NCBI GenBank assembly: GCA_041695105.1
Contig: JBGFRN010000300.1
Span: 1-34,762 of the forward strand
DNA from: Bacillota bacterium
Lineage (GTDB): Bacteria > Bacillota > Sulfobacillia > JAMDAP01 > JAJYMS01
Direction of reading: 5' to 3'
DNA: 34,762 nucleotides
Below the pieces are notes generated by a model, which did no database searches, was not told where the DNA came from, and saw only the letters and a list, made by a program, of their open reading frames with translations. The first letter of the stretch is position 1; each line of letters opens with the position of its first letter. The translations under genes were made by a program, and so were the position numbers. Below are positions 16,701 through 28,334 of this stretch, piece after piece.

Positions 16701-18070
16701 AGACGATCCTGATCGTCGACGACGAGAAGAATATGCGCTGGGCGCTGGAAAAGGGCCTGCGGCAGGCCGGCTACCGAACCCTCTCCGCGCCGGATGGACC
16801 TGAAGGACTCGATCTGGCCGCCTCCGAGGCACCCGATCTGGTTTTGCTCGACCTTAAGATGCCGAAGATGGACGGTCTCGAGGCCCTCAGGCTGATCAAG
16901 GAGCAGCGGCCCGAGCTTCCGATCATCATTATCACCGCCCATGGATCGGTGGCCACTGCCATCGAGGCGATCAAGGCCGGGGCCTACGACTATATCTCCA
17001 AGCCCTTTGATTTAGAAGAGATCCAGATTGTCATCAAAAAGGCCCTCGAGGTCAGGGCCCTGACCGAAGAAGTGGCTAAACTTCGCTCAGAGGTAGAAAG
17101 AAAATACAGCTTCCAAAACATCATTGGTAAGAGCTCCAAAATGCAGGCCGTCTTCGACCTGGTCGAGCGGGTGGCCGGCACCTCGGCCTCGGTCCTGATA
17201 TATGGGGAGTCGGGCACCGGCAAGGAACTGGTGGCCAAGGCCATCCACTACCTGAGCCCGCGCCGCCACCGGCCCTATGTCCAGGTCAACTGCTCGGCCC
17301 TGCCCGAGACACTGCTCGAATCGGAGCTTTTCGGGCACGAGAAGGGGGCCTTCACCGGGGCGATCGCCCGCCGCCAGGGCCGTTTCGAACTGGCTGACAC
17401 CGGTACCCTTTTCCTTGACGAGATCGGGGAGCTGAGCCCCCCGGTCCAGGTCAAGCTGCTCCGCGTCCTGCAGGATAGAACCTTTGAGCGGGTTGGGGGC
17501 ATGGAATCGATTAAGGTCGACGTCCGGATCATTGCCGCCACTAACCGTGACTTGACCCAGGCGATGGTCGAGGGCAAGTTTCGCGAGGATCTCTACTATC
17601 GCCTAAATGTGGTGCCGATCCAGCTTCCGCCGCTGCGCGAGCGGGCCGAGGACATTCCCCTGCTGGTTGAGCATTTCCTGAAAAAGTTCTCTGCCGGCCC
17701 CGACCCGGCCGGGGCGAGGGTCAAGACTCTGGCCCCCGAGGCCGCCCGCCGCCTGGCTGAGTACCGCTGGCCCGGCAACGTTCGTGAACTGGAGAACGCC
17801 ATTGAACGGGCGGTAATTATCTCCCGGGGAGACCGGATCACTGTCGAGGATCTGCCCCGCGAGCTGCAGCAAACGTCTGCTCATCCGCACCGGCGCGCGG
17901 CTTTTAAGCTGCCCGAGGGCGGGGTCAACCTTGAGGATGTCGAGCGCGATCTGATTCGCCAGGCCCTGGATCGTACGGGGGGGAACCAGACCCAAGCCGC
18001 CCGGCTGCTCGGGATCACCCGGCATACCCTGCTTTACCGTTTGGACAAGTACGGCCTGAAGGGGAACTGA
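16697..18070 (+). CDS. sigma-54-dependent response regulator (NtrC/AtoC family: REC + AAA+ + Fis-type HTH)
   Basis: REC (LIVDDE...DLVLLDLKMPKMDG), Walker A GESGTGKE, GAFTGA sigma-54 contact loop (EKGAFTGA), C-terminal HTH GNQTQAARLLGITRHTLLYRL. Start overlaps the kinase stop. Confidence 0.9.
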   Translation: MKTILIVDDEKNMRWALEKGLRQAGYRTLSAPDGPEGLDLAASEAPDLVLLDLKMPKMDGLEALRLIKEQRPELPIIIITAHGSVATAIEAIKAGAYDYISKPFDLEEIQIVIKKALEVRALTEEVAKLRSEVERKYSFQNIIGKSSKMQAVFDLVERVAGTSASVLIYGESGTGKELVAKAIHYLSPRRHRPYVQVNCSALPETLLESELFGHEKGAFTGAIARRQGRFELADTGTLFLDEIGELSPPVQVKLLRVLQDRTFERVGGMESIKVDVRIIAATNRDLTQAMVEGKFREDLYYRLNVVPIQLPPLRERAEDIPLLVEHFLKKFSAGPDPAGARVKTLAPEAARRLAEYRWPGNVRELENAIERAVIISRGDRITVEDLPRELQQTSAHPHRRAAFKLPEGGVNLEDVERDLIRQALDRTGGNQTQAARLLGITRHTLLYRLDKYGLKGN

Positions 18071-18072
18071 AT

Positions 18073-18249
18073 ATGGTTTTCTTCTTCCTTCTACTCGCCG
18101 GCCTGGTTATTTATGAGATTTATTCACGTGAGCCCGGTTACGAGGAGATCCTCAAACAGGCGAAATACTGTCCGAGTTGCGGGCGGCCGGTTGAGCCCGA
18201 TTTCACTCTGTGTCCCTATTGTGGAGGAAAACTTCCCAGGGGACGTTAG
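18073..18249 (+). CDS. small TM + zinc-ribbon protein (58 aa; below the ORF-track cutoff)
   Basis: My translation: MVFFFLLLAGLVIYEIYSREPGYEEILKQAKYCPSCGRPVEPDFTLCPYCGGKLPRGR. Starts 2 nt after the regulator stop. Same CPxC-x11-CPYCG ribbon as 7333..7674. Confidence 0.45.
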   Translation: MVFFFLLLAGLVIYEIYSREPGYEEILKQAKYCPSCGRPVEPDFTLCPYCGGKLPRGR

Positions 18250-18256
18250 ATATAAA

Positions 18257-18286
18257 TTGACTCGAAAGAACTAGGAAGTATATACT
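18257..18286 (+). promoter_or_regulatory. possible sigma-70-type promoter (TTGACT-N18-TATACT) in an AT-rich intergenic region
   Basis: TTGACT at 18257-18262 and TATACT at 18281-18286. This would give a leader of about 170 nt before GTG 18462. By-eye match only. Confidence 0.3.
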
Positions 18287-18461
18287 TATTTCATCGGCTT
18301 TTTTAATTATGTAACCTGAATATTGTATCAATAAGTAATGCTTATCACTTGAGGCTTAATATAATCAAAGAGGGGGACTGTTCCAGGGAACTACAGGGAC
18401 GGGTGTGGGTTAAGAAGATGCTTATAGAGACGTAAGAAATCTAGAAACCGGAGGGGAAACC

Positions 18462-19820
18462 GTGGCGAATCCAAAATGGATGCTCAAGACCAACAAAAAG
18501 ATCGAGCTCGATAATGTCGCTGAGCCCAATCTGCTTCGGGACCAGTTCCCGTACAGTGAACCGCCCAAGATAGCCTTTGACGGCGTCGAGGTTCCGATTG
18601 ATCCGCCCGAGGATATCTTCATCACCGACACCACCTTCCGTGACGGCCAGCAGGCTCGTACTCCGTATACCGTCGACCAGATCGTCGACCTATACGACCT
18701 GCTGCACCGGCTGTCCGGCCCGAACGGTGTCATCCGCCAGTCGGAGTTCTTCCTCTACAGCGAAAAGGACCGCAAGGCGGTCGAGAAGTGCCTGGAGCGC
18801 GGCTATAAGTTCCCCGAAGTCACCGGCTGGATTCGCGCCGTCGCCTCCGACTTCAAACTGGTTAAGGACATGGGTCTAAGAGAGACCGGCATCCTGACCT
18901 CGGCCTCCGACTACCACATCTACCTCAAGCTCGGCTGGGACCGCAAAAAAGCCCTGGACAACTACCTCGGAATCGTTAAGGCCGCCCTGGAGGCCGGAGT
19001 CAAGCCCCGCTGCCACTTTGAGGACGTCACCCGCGCCGACATCTACGGCTTTGTGGTTCCGTTTGCGATTGAGCTAATGAAGCTAGCCGAAGAGTCAAAG
19101 GTCCCGATCAAGGTTCGCCTGTGCGACACTATGGGCTACGGCGTTCCCTACGCCGGTGCCACCCTGCCCCGCAGCGTGCCGCGCCTGGCCTACGCCATGG
19201 TCCACGACGCCGGCGTGCCAAAGGAGCAGCTCGAGTGGCACGGCCACAACGACTTTTACAAGGTGCTGATCAATGCCTCGACCGCCTGGCTTTACGGTGT
19301 GGCTGGTGCCAACGGCACCCTGCTCGGTTTCGGCGAGCGGACCGGTAACACCCCGATTGAAGGCCTAATTTTTGAGTATGCTATGCTCACCGGCAGCCTC
19401 AACGGGGCCGATCCTACTGCTATCACTGATATCGCTAACTACCTCAGAGAGAACTGCGCCTATACCGCCCCGGTCACCACCCCGTTCGTCGGTGAAAACT
19501 TCAACGTCACCGCCGCTGGTATCCACGCTGACGGTGTGGTTAAGAATGAAGAAATCTACAATATTTTCGACACCGCCAGGCTCCTCAACCGTCCTTTGGG
19601 CATCAATATCACGGACAAGTCGGGTTCGGCCGCCATCGCTTTCTGGGTCAACCAGTACCTGAAGCTTAGTGGCGACCAGAAGATCGACAAGCGGCATCCG
19701 GGCATCGATGCTATCTACAAATGGACCATCGAGGAGTTCTCGACCGGCCGCACCACCTCGCTATCAACCGAGGAGATGCTGGCCCAGGGCCACCGGCACC
19801 TGTCCGAGTACTTCAAATAG
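18462..19820 (+). CDS. HMGL-like (homocitrate/isopropylmalate synthase family) enzyme, probably Re-face citrate synthase
   Basis: FITDTTFRDGQQA active-site motif and TIM-barrel metal motifs (RLCDTMG, EWHGHNDF). 452 aa. Directly upstream of icd and mdh, with no leu or nif neighbours. Confidence 0.6.
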   Translation: MANPKWMLKTNKKIELDNVAEPNLLRDQFPYSEPPKIAFDGVEVPIDPPEDIFITDTTFRDGQQARTPYTVDQIVDLYDLLHRLSGPNGVIRQSEFFLYSEKDRKAVEKCLERGYKFPEVTGWIRAVASDFKLVKDMGLRETGILTSASDYHIYLKLGWDRKKALDNYLGIVKAALEAGVKPRCHFEDVTRADIYGFVVPFAIELMKLAEESKVPIKVRLCDTMGYGVPYAGATLPRSVPRLAYAMVHDAGVPKEQLEWHGHNDFYKVLINASTAWLYGVAGANGTLLGFGERTGNTPIEGLIFEYAMLTGSLNGADPTAITDIANYLRENCAYTAPVTTPFVGENFNVTAAGIHADGVVKNEEIYNIFDTARLLNRPLGINITDKSGSAAIAFWVNQYLKLSGDQKIDKRHPGIDAIYKWTIEEFSTGRTTSLSTEEMLAQGHRHLSEYFK

Positions 19821-19878
19821 ACAGCGGCCAAAGGGCCACTGCGGCCATAGAGCCGCCCGATCTAGCCGGATAGGTACA

Positions 19879-19918
19879 CCACAGGGCCCCTTCAGGGGGG
19901 CCCTGTGGCTGTGTTTGC
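19879..19918 (+). terminator. intrinsic terminator-like hairpin after the citrate-synthase-like gene
   Basis: CCACAGGGCCCC-TTCA-GGGGGGCCCTGTGG (stem of about 12 bp) followed by CTGTGTTTGCGG. Confidence 0.55.
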
Positions 19919-19957
19919 GGATATAAGTTTACCATAATCAATAGGAGGAAGAGAGAT

Positions 19958-22192
<2,235 letters not shown>

Positions 22193-22216
22193 AGCCTATA
22201 AACTTCAGAGTAGAAA

Positions 22217-22254
22217 AAACGGGGCTGACTCAAAAGCATTTGAGTTAGCCCCGT
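22217..22254. terminator. bidirectional intrinsic terminator between convergent mdh and the - strand protease gene
   Basis: AAAAAACGGGGCTGACTCAAA-AGCA-TTTGAGTTAGCCCCGTTGCTTGTTT. 17-bp stem (one G:U) flanked by an A-run and a T-rich run. Confidence 0.7.
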
Positions 22255-22266
22255 TGCTTGTTTAGA

Positions 22267-23901
22267 TTACCCGCTGACCGCCAAAACGTTGACTGTATAG
22301 TCCACCTTATACTTTCCAGCCTTAGGAGTGCTGACATCAAGCTGGTAAAGTCCGGGGCCGTTTAGGAGGGGGAAGTAAAGCTGTAATGGCTGCCCCGCCT
22401 TGGCCGGCCGGCCAAAAATCGCAATCTGGTGGTCTGCCTGCCTCAACTCCAGCCGGGTCAGCTCGTCGGACGGTGTGATCTCGATGGCCAAATAGGTTGA
22501 ATTCAACACCGCGTAAGCATCTCCGTTCACTCTCACCGTGACCGGAGCTTCCCGGACAGCCGTCAGCGGCTGGCGTGGCACCCGGGACCAGAGTTCCTCG
22601 AAAAGAACCTTCAGGGCTTCGGTCTGCCCTGGATACTCCCTGGGGTCGCCGTGAACCGTCCTTTGCTTGACCTTGGCCGTCCACCATTCGCCCAGGACGA
22701 TCCGAACATCCTCGGCCATCGAGTCAAGAACCGAGTCTTGTCGCAGGCCATAAACGTCCTCTGTTACGCTGAACGGCGCGATCCCTTTGATCGCCCCGTA
22801 CCGGTTCCAGAAGGCAGGATCGTCATTATAACCGGCCGAGTACCGCTGCTGCAGGTGGTGGCCGAACTCATGAGCCATAGTGGTCAGCAGCGCCTCGTAG
22901 ACGGCCACGTGATCGCCGTCCGGAGCGTGGCCGATCAGAGTTCGGTAAGCTTTGGTCGTTCCTGCGACGCGGCCGTTTTTATCCATGAACTCATTGGGAA
23001 TCAAATAAACCTCGAGGCCGCTAACCGCCTGGTCGGGAACCGCGATTTCGTCGAGAGCCCGGTGAATTGGGGGATGGTGCGGGTCATGCTGGAATTTCCG
23101 GGGTTCCAGGCGCAACCCGCCCTCGACCAGGAAGTCCGGGTACTTCAGTTCAGGTGTTGTATGCCCAGGTTTATAGCGGGTCAGCAAGCCGGCCCGGGCT
23201 GCCGCGGCCAGTTCGAGCGCTCTCAGCTTGAGGGCGGTCTCCTTCATGTAGACGGAATAGCCTCGGATCGGGTGCCTTCCTTCACGTCCCTTGATGTCCT
23301 TGATGGCCACCAGCAGGTGTCCCAACTCTTCACTAATCGATTGTATTTTTTCCGGGTTGGTTGACAGGCTGGCCCGAAGTTCCTCCAGGTGCCTGAGGTC
23401 GGTCTGGTGCCAGGCAAGGTAATCTTTCTCTGGGAGTCGCAGAGTAGATCCGAAGACAAGAGGGTATCTGGCATTTATTTCAACCGTCCGGGTTTCAGCG
23501 TTCCAATAAACCGAGGCATTCAGGCTCTCGGCCACAAACCTGACCGGTACCATGGTTCGTCCGGCGATAATCTGGGACGGGACGTCGAGTTTATGAGGAA
23601 CTCCGTTTATCCACGCAGTCCTGAGACCAACCGGCAGCTCGATGGTTGTTTTCCCCTGGGTGGCAACTACCGTGCGACTTTCGGATTCCCAGGACACTTC
23701 AGCCCCCAAGGCGCTGAAAATGACCCGGAGCGGAACTAAGGTCCGGCCTTGATCTATGATCGGTAAGACATCGAATACTAACTTCCGGCCGTTCACGGTA
23801 ACATTAATCAGCGGGTCAAAGGCTTGGACTGGCCGGGCAAGCAAGAGTGAGATCAATAGCGTCAAGCAGTACGTTCGGCGTAAGATTATCCTAAATCTCA
23901 T
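22267..23901 (-). CDS. secreted putative zinc metallopeptidase with N-terminal copper-amine-oxidase-N (stalk) domain
   Basis: Signal peptide (LLISLLLARPVQA). Duplicated VNG..L..D..P.I..GRT(L/M)VP(L/V)R motif typical of the Cu_amine_oxidN1 domain. HEXXH motif TMAHEFGHHLQQ. C-terminal beta-rich domain. Confidence 0.7.
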   Translation of the reverse strand: MRFRIILRRTYCLTLLISLLLARPVQAFDPLINVTVNGRKLVFDVLPIIDQGRTLVPLRVIFSALGAEVSWESESRTVVATQGKTTIELPVGLRTAWINGVPHKLDVPSQIIAGRTMVPVRFVAESLNASVYWNAETRTVEINARYPLVFGSTLRLPEKDYLAWHQTDLRHLEELRASLSTNPEKIQSISEELGHLLVAIKDIKGREGRHPIRGYSVYMKETALKLRALELAAAARAGLLTRYKPGHTTPELKYPDFLVEGGLRLEPRKFQHDPHHPPIHRALDEIAVPDQAVSGLEVYLIPNEFMDKNGRVAGTTKAYRTLIGHAPDGDHVAVYEALLTTMAHEFGHHLQQRYSAGYNDDPAFWNRYGAIKGIAPFSVTEDVYGLRQDSVLDSMAEDVRIVLGEWWTAKVKQRTVHGDPREYPGQTEALKVLFEELWSRVPRQPLTAVREAPVTVRVNGDAYAVLNSTYLAIEITPSDELTRLELRQADHQIAIFGRPAKAGQPLQLYFPLLNGPGLYQLDVSTPKAGKYKVDYTVNVLAVSG

Positions 23902-23950
23902 ACCTTAAAATTCATTTCAACGGAGCAAATTCCCTGCAGGACTTAATCTT

Positions 23951-23971
23951 AATAAGAGTGAAAATAAGAGT
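23951..23971. repeat. direct repeat AATAAGAGT-GAA-AATAAGAGT in an AT-rich divergent intergenic region
   Basis: Read directly at 23951-23959 and 23963-23971, between the divergent protease and cytochrome genes. Confidence 0.6.
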
Positions 23972-24010
23972 CATTAAAATCCATCGGGGAAGGACGAGGT
24001 AATACCTTCG

Positions 24011-27000
24011 GTGGCAGGCAGTTCAAAAAAATCTTTCGCTTGGTTACTGATTCTAGTTTTAGTTTTTTTCGGATTCTTTGGGCTAAAGGTTCTGGCCGAC
24101 CAGACCGGCGACAAGTTCGGGAGCAGCGCCACTGGTACTGTTTCAGGCGGCGCCGCCAGCGATGCCCTGACTTTGAACAACGCCGGACCGAGCCTGGACT
24201 GGGACAAGAACGATTGGGTAAAGGTCCAGGGTTTCAGCAGCAGCGGTGTTTCGGGGACCATCAACTTTGTCAGGGTCAAAGTTACCGTGAGAACCGACTC
24301 CACCGACCCGCGGGGCGACTGGGTCTTGCGTTATACCTATAACAACACGGATAACTTTACCACGGCCGGACAGGGATATACCGCCTTTGATTGGCACCGG
24401 ACCCTGTCGACTAGTTTTGTTACCGAAACGGTTGATCTAACCACCAGGGACGGCAGCGCCAGGTGGACGACGACCGATATTGACAATCTTCGCTTTCGTA
24501 TGGATACCAGACGCTCGGCCTCGGGAGCTAGCGGTCAATTTATTATACCCGACGCCATTTACATCCTGGTTGACTACACTCCCCCCGACACCACGCCGCC
24601 GACCGACCCGTCCAACCTCCGGTCAACGGGGAAGGGCGGGAGCTACATCGATCTGGCCTGGGACGCCTCCAGCGACTCCGGGAGCGGGGTGGCCGGCTAT
24701 CAGGTTTACCGGAACGATGTAGCCGTGGCTTGGGTGGCCGCACCAACCACGACCTACCGCGACAGCGGGCTGGCCGAGTTTACGACATACAGCTACAAGG
24801 TTTCGGCCAAGGACAATGCCGGCAACTGGTCGACCGGATACGCCGGGCCGATCTCGGAACAAACCCTGGACACGACCGCCCCGAGCGCCGTCAGTTCGGT
24901 GACGATCACGGCCTATAGCGCCTATCGTTTGAGGGAACTCGACATCACCTGGCTTCCGTCGTCGGACCCGAGTCCGGGCAGCGGGGTTTCGCATTACCAA
25001 ATTTTTGACGCTGGTACCAACGTTTTATTGCAGACCTACACTCATAGCGGCTCGGTCAGCAGCTTTACCTATCGGACGAGCGGATTGGGCTACTTGCCCA
25101 ACCAGACGCGCACCTATTATTTCAAGACGTTTGACAACAGCGGCAACAGCTCGACCAGCGGCAACTTTTCCGGAACGACCGACCCGGACACCCTGGCTCC
25201 AACCCCGGTCAACACCCTGACGGCGGTGGCTGAAAGCAGCAGCAGGATCCGGCTTGACTGGGACCCGGTGACCGACGACTGGGGCGTCTCACACTATATG
25301 GTCTACCGCAACACCGTCTACCTGCGCCGGATCGACTCAACTGGCGCCACCCATTATCAGATTTTCGACACCGGTCTGAACGCGGACACATCTTACTCTT
25401 ATTATGTCCAGCCGGTAGACATTTACAGCAACGTTCAGACTTCGGGCAATAACACCGCCAGCGCCACGACCTTCCCCGTCGACACTACGCCGCCGAGCAA
25501 GCCAGGCAACCTGACGGCCAGCGCGGTCGGCACCTCGGAGATTGATCTGAGCTGGACAGCCTCGACCGATAACGTCGGGGTGGTCGGCTATTACATCTAC
25601 CGGAGCGTCAGCGGGGGAACCTATTCTTACCGGGCGACCGCCGCCGGAACCAGCTATACCGATACCGGATTAACCCATAACACGCTATATGGCTATTACG
25701 TTAGAGCCTATGACGAGGCCGGGAATATTTCCGATCCGAGCGACACGGCTTCGGCCACAACCAAGACGGACACCACCCCGCCGTCGGTCGTGTCGACCAG
25801 CCCTTCCGCCGGCGCCAATAACGTGGGGCGGGCCGTTTACCCCAGCGCTAATTTCAGCGAGGCGCTGGATGCCAACACGGTCAACTCGACCAATGTTGTT
25901 CTTAAAGATGTCTACGACAACACGGTCACCAGCGGCGTCTACCTGATCAATAACTCGACGGTGGAGATCAGACCTAACGCCAGGCTGGCGGCCAGCACCC
26001 TTCACACCGTTTATCTCAAAACCGGGATCAAGGATCTGGCCGGTTTATCGATGTCCTCAGAGTACTCCTGGAGTTTCACCACTGGCACGTCTGATTACTT
26101 TGTGCCCCACGGCAACTACGGGCAGACCCCGAACGCCTGCATCAATTGCCACTCGTCTCACTATGGTCAGAACGCCCGGATGATCCGGGCAGCCAACGTC
26201 TCGTCGGTCTGTTTTACCTGCCATAACGGGACCGGGGCCAAGGCCTTGAACGATATCGACAACCAGTTCAAGACCGGCACCAACACGGTCTTTCATCCGG
26301 TCAAGAACACTCAGGCCTCGGCCGGGGGAGCTTACACCGGGTTGATCGAGTGTGTCACGTGTCATAACCCGCACGGCGACGTAAATACGGTTACAGGTCA
26401 GGTTTACCCCAGGCTTCTAAAGCAAAAAAACGCGTCGGGCAACTACGTCTTCCAGGGTAATGCCTTCTGCTTGACCTGTCACGGCCCGACTGACCGGCAA
26501 TGGAGCGCGACTTATTACTCAAACACTGCTGGCGATCACAGTTCGGCCAGCACCAAGCATTACGATTTGAACGAGGCGGATCTGGTTCCGCCGTCGGGAA
26601 CACAGATCACCTGCGTCATGTGTCATAACAAGCACGCCAGCCCATACCGCCGGCTCGGCCTGGCTCTTGAGGAGAACCTTTGCTTTAACTGCCATAATAA
26701 GGTGGCCAATTCAATCGACGGCAACCGCAATATTCAGGATGAGTTTAACCGGACCGGTTCCAAGCACGACATCGGCGCCAATGGGTCCGGAGGCATCCGG
26801 GTCGAGTGTTACAACTGCCACAATACTCATTTGGTTACCAACGTCAGGGTTTCGGCCAAGCAGTCGGTCTCAGACGTGACCAATCCCGACAATACCAAAC
26901 AGTACTTCACGGATACCGTCAGCGGAAAGATCACCGGCTTCTGCCTCAAGTGTCACGATGGGTCGCCGCCGGTGGCGGTGGTTAATTCAACCACTTTGGT

Positions 27001-28249
27001 GCCTTATACGGTGACTTTCCCCAATGTCTCTTTTACTAACAATCTCGGGGGTTGGGACAAGTCGTTGTTTACCGACTCTGGTCATCATGTCAACTCTACA
27101 GTCTACGTCGACTGTGGCAGTTGTCACGAGCCGCACGGGTCAAACTACGACCGGCTCCGTTTAAGGGATGAGGATACCGCCACCACCAACGGGATCTGCC
27201 TCACCTGCCACGCCGGGCAATACGCCAATAGTGTCGCGCCCAACGTCAAGACTGACCTGACCAAGGCCTACCGGCACCCGACACTTTACATCGCGGGTGT
27301 CCACACCGACACCGAAAACCACAACTTCAACACGGCAACGAACCGGCACGCCGAGTGCTATGACTGCCACGATATGCACGCCGCCAAGCAGGGTGGGGCC
27401 GTCGCCGCTTCAGGGAACACCCCTCCCAAGGCTTCAAACATCCTCAGGAACGTTTACGGGATCAGCGTGACGACCGACCCGAACGTTCGGACCGTTGCCA
27501 GTATGGGCTACAAGCCCGCCTCGATGGCATATAATTCTTCGGGGTATTCAGTGACTTCGGTGGTCTATATGTTCAACCTGTGCTACAAGTGTCACTCTAG
27601 CTACAGCTTCGGCAACACCCCGCCAACGACCCCGAACCCCCCATATACCGACATCGCCGCCGAATTCAACCCTAATAACGAGTCGTACCATCCGATCGAG
27701 GCCAAGGGGAAAGCCTGGTCAAGCATCCCTAATACTAGCTTTACCGGGACCGACAGCTTCGGCACCGCCATTACCAGGGATACGATCCTGTTCTGCACCG
27801 ACTGCCATGGTAGCAATAATTCGGGTGTGAAGGGCCCGCACGGTTCGGACAATCGCAGTATCTTGAAGAAACCGTGGACGACCACCACCGGCGGGAATAG
27901 CACCGACTTCTGCTTCAATTGCCACAATCCCGATGTTTACGGTCCCAACGCCACCGCTGGTTATACTTCGACCGGTTTCAACGACGCCGACACCCGGAGG
28001 GGCAACCTGCACAAGTACCACGGCGCGGACAAGGGATACCGGAATTGTCAGTACTGCCATGTCAGGATCGTTCATGGCTGGACCCGGCCGCACCTGATCG
28101 GGCACCAGGACGACCCATTTCCCTACATTGACAAGGATGGCAACGGTAACGCCACGGTTAACCGGATTACTTACTTCCCGCCTTATGTCGCTTCTGGCGG
28201 GTATAGGAGAGGCGGACCTTGGTGCTCAGTCTCTCACGGGCAGCACTAG
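24011..28249 (+). CDS. giant secreted FN3-repeat / Ig-like / 15-heme c-type cytochrome
   Basis: GTG start after GGGGAAGGACGAGG. Signal/anchor WLLILVLVFFGFFGLKVLA, then a Cys-free N-terminal beta domain of about 160 aa. Four FN3 repeats follow (e.g. IDLAWDASSDSGSGVAGYQVYRN, IDLSWTASTDNVGVVGYYIYRS) joined by TTPPS-type linkers. One SbsA/Big_5-like Ig domain (SPSAGANNVG...VVLKD). Then 15 CXXCH motifs between 26138 and 28060. Confidence 0.85.
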   Translation: MAGSSKKSFAWLLILVLVFFGFFGLKVLADQTGDKFGSSATGTVSGGAASDALTLNNAGPSLDWDKNDWVKVQGFSSSGVSGTINFVRVKVTVRTDSTDPRGDWVLRYTYNNTDNFTTAGQGYTAFDWHRTLSTSFVTETVDLTTRDGSARWTTTDIDNLRFRMDTRRSASGASGQFIIPDAIYILVDYTPPDTTPPTDPSNLRSTGKGGSYIDLAWDASSDSGSGVAGYQVYRNDVAVAWVAAPTTTYRDSGLAEFTTYSYKVSAKDNAGNWSTGYAGPISEQTLDTTAPSAVSSVTITAYSAYRLRELDITWLPSSDPSPGSGVSHYQIFDAGTNVLLQTYTHSGSVSSFTYRTSGLGYLPNQTRTYYFKTFDNSGNSSTSGNFSGTTDPDTLAPTPVNTLTAVAESSSRIRLDWDPVTDDWGVSHYMVYRNTVYLRRIDSTGATHYQIFDTGLNADTSYSYYVQPVDIYSNVQTSGNNTASATTFPVDTTPPSKPGNLTASAVGTSEIDLSWTASTDNVGVVGYYIYRSVSGGTYSYRATAAGTSYTDTGLTHNTLYGYYVRAYDEAGNISDPSDTASATTKTDTTPPSVVSTSPSAGANNVGRAVYPSANFSEALDANTVNSTNVVLKDVYDNTVTSGVYLINNSTVEIRPNARLAASTLHTVYLKTGIKDLAGLSMSSEYSWSFTTGTSDYFVPHGNYGQTPNACINCHSSHYGQNARMIRAANVSSVCFTCHNGTGAKALNDIDNQFKTGTNTVFHPVKNTQASAGGAYTGLIECVTCHNPHGDVNTVTGQVYPRLLKQKNASGNYVFQGNAFCLTCHGPTDRQWSATYYSNTAGDHSSASTKHYDLNEADLVPPSGTQITCVMCHNKHASPYRRLGLALEENLCFNCHNKVANSIDGNRNIQDEFNRTGSKHDIGANGSGGIRVECYNCHNTHLVTNVRVSAKQSVSDVTNPDNTKQYFTDTVSGKITGFCLKCHDGSPPVAVVNSTTLVPYTVTFPNVSFTNNLGGWDKSLFTDSGHHVNSTVYVDCGSCHEPHGSNYDRLRLRDEDTATTNGICLTCHAGQYANSVAPNVKTDLTKAYRHPTLYIAGVHTDTENHNFNTATNRHAECYDCHDMHAAKQGGAVAASGNTPPKASNILRNVYGISVTTDPNVRTVASMGYKPASMAYNSSGYSVTSVVYMFNLCYKCHSSYSFGNTPPTTPNPPYTDIAAEFNPNNESYHPIEAKGKAWSSIPNTSFTGTDSFGTAITRDTILFCTDCHGSNNSGVKGPHGSDNRSILKKPWTTTTGGNSTDFCFNCHNPDVYGPNATAGYTSTGFNDADTRRGNLHKYHGADKGYRNCQYCHVRIVHGWTRPHLIGHQDDPFPYIDKDGNGNATVNRITYFPPYVASGGYRRGGPWCSVSHGQH

Positions 28250-28334
28250 AGGCCCTCGACGGTAAACACCTGGGCCAACAACTGGGAAGGAATAAACCTT
28301 TCGACTGCAGAAACAAACCTCACACTGCTGCAAA

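Noticed and set aside
15930-16832. 300-aa - strand ORF antisense to the histidine kinase and response regulator
   Set aside because: Arg/Gly/Pro-rich with no motifs. It lies opposite two genes with unambiguous catalytic motifs.
18462-19820. Annotating the HMGL-family gene as leuA, cimA or nifV
   Set aside because: No leu/ilv or nif neighbours, an FRDGQQ motif variant, and direct linkage to icd and mdh favour Re-citrate synthase. It remains unproven without phylogeny.
22651-23364. 237-aa + strand ORF inside the - strand protease gene
   Set aside because: It lies opposite a gene with a signal peptide, a Cu_amine_oxidN1 motif and HEXXH. It has no RBS or motif support.
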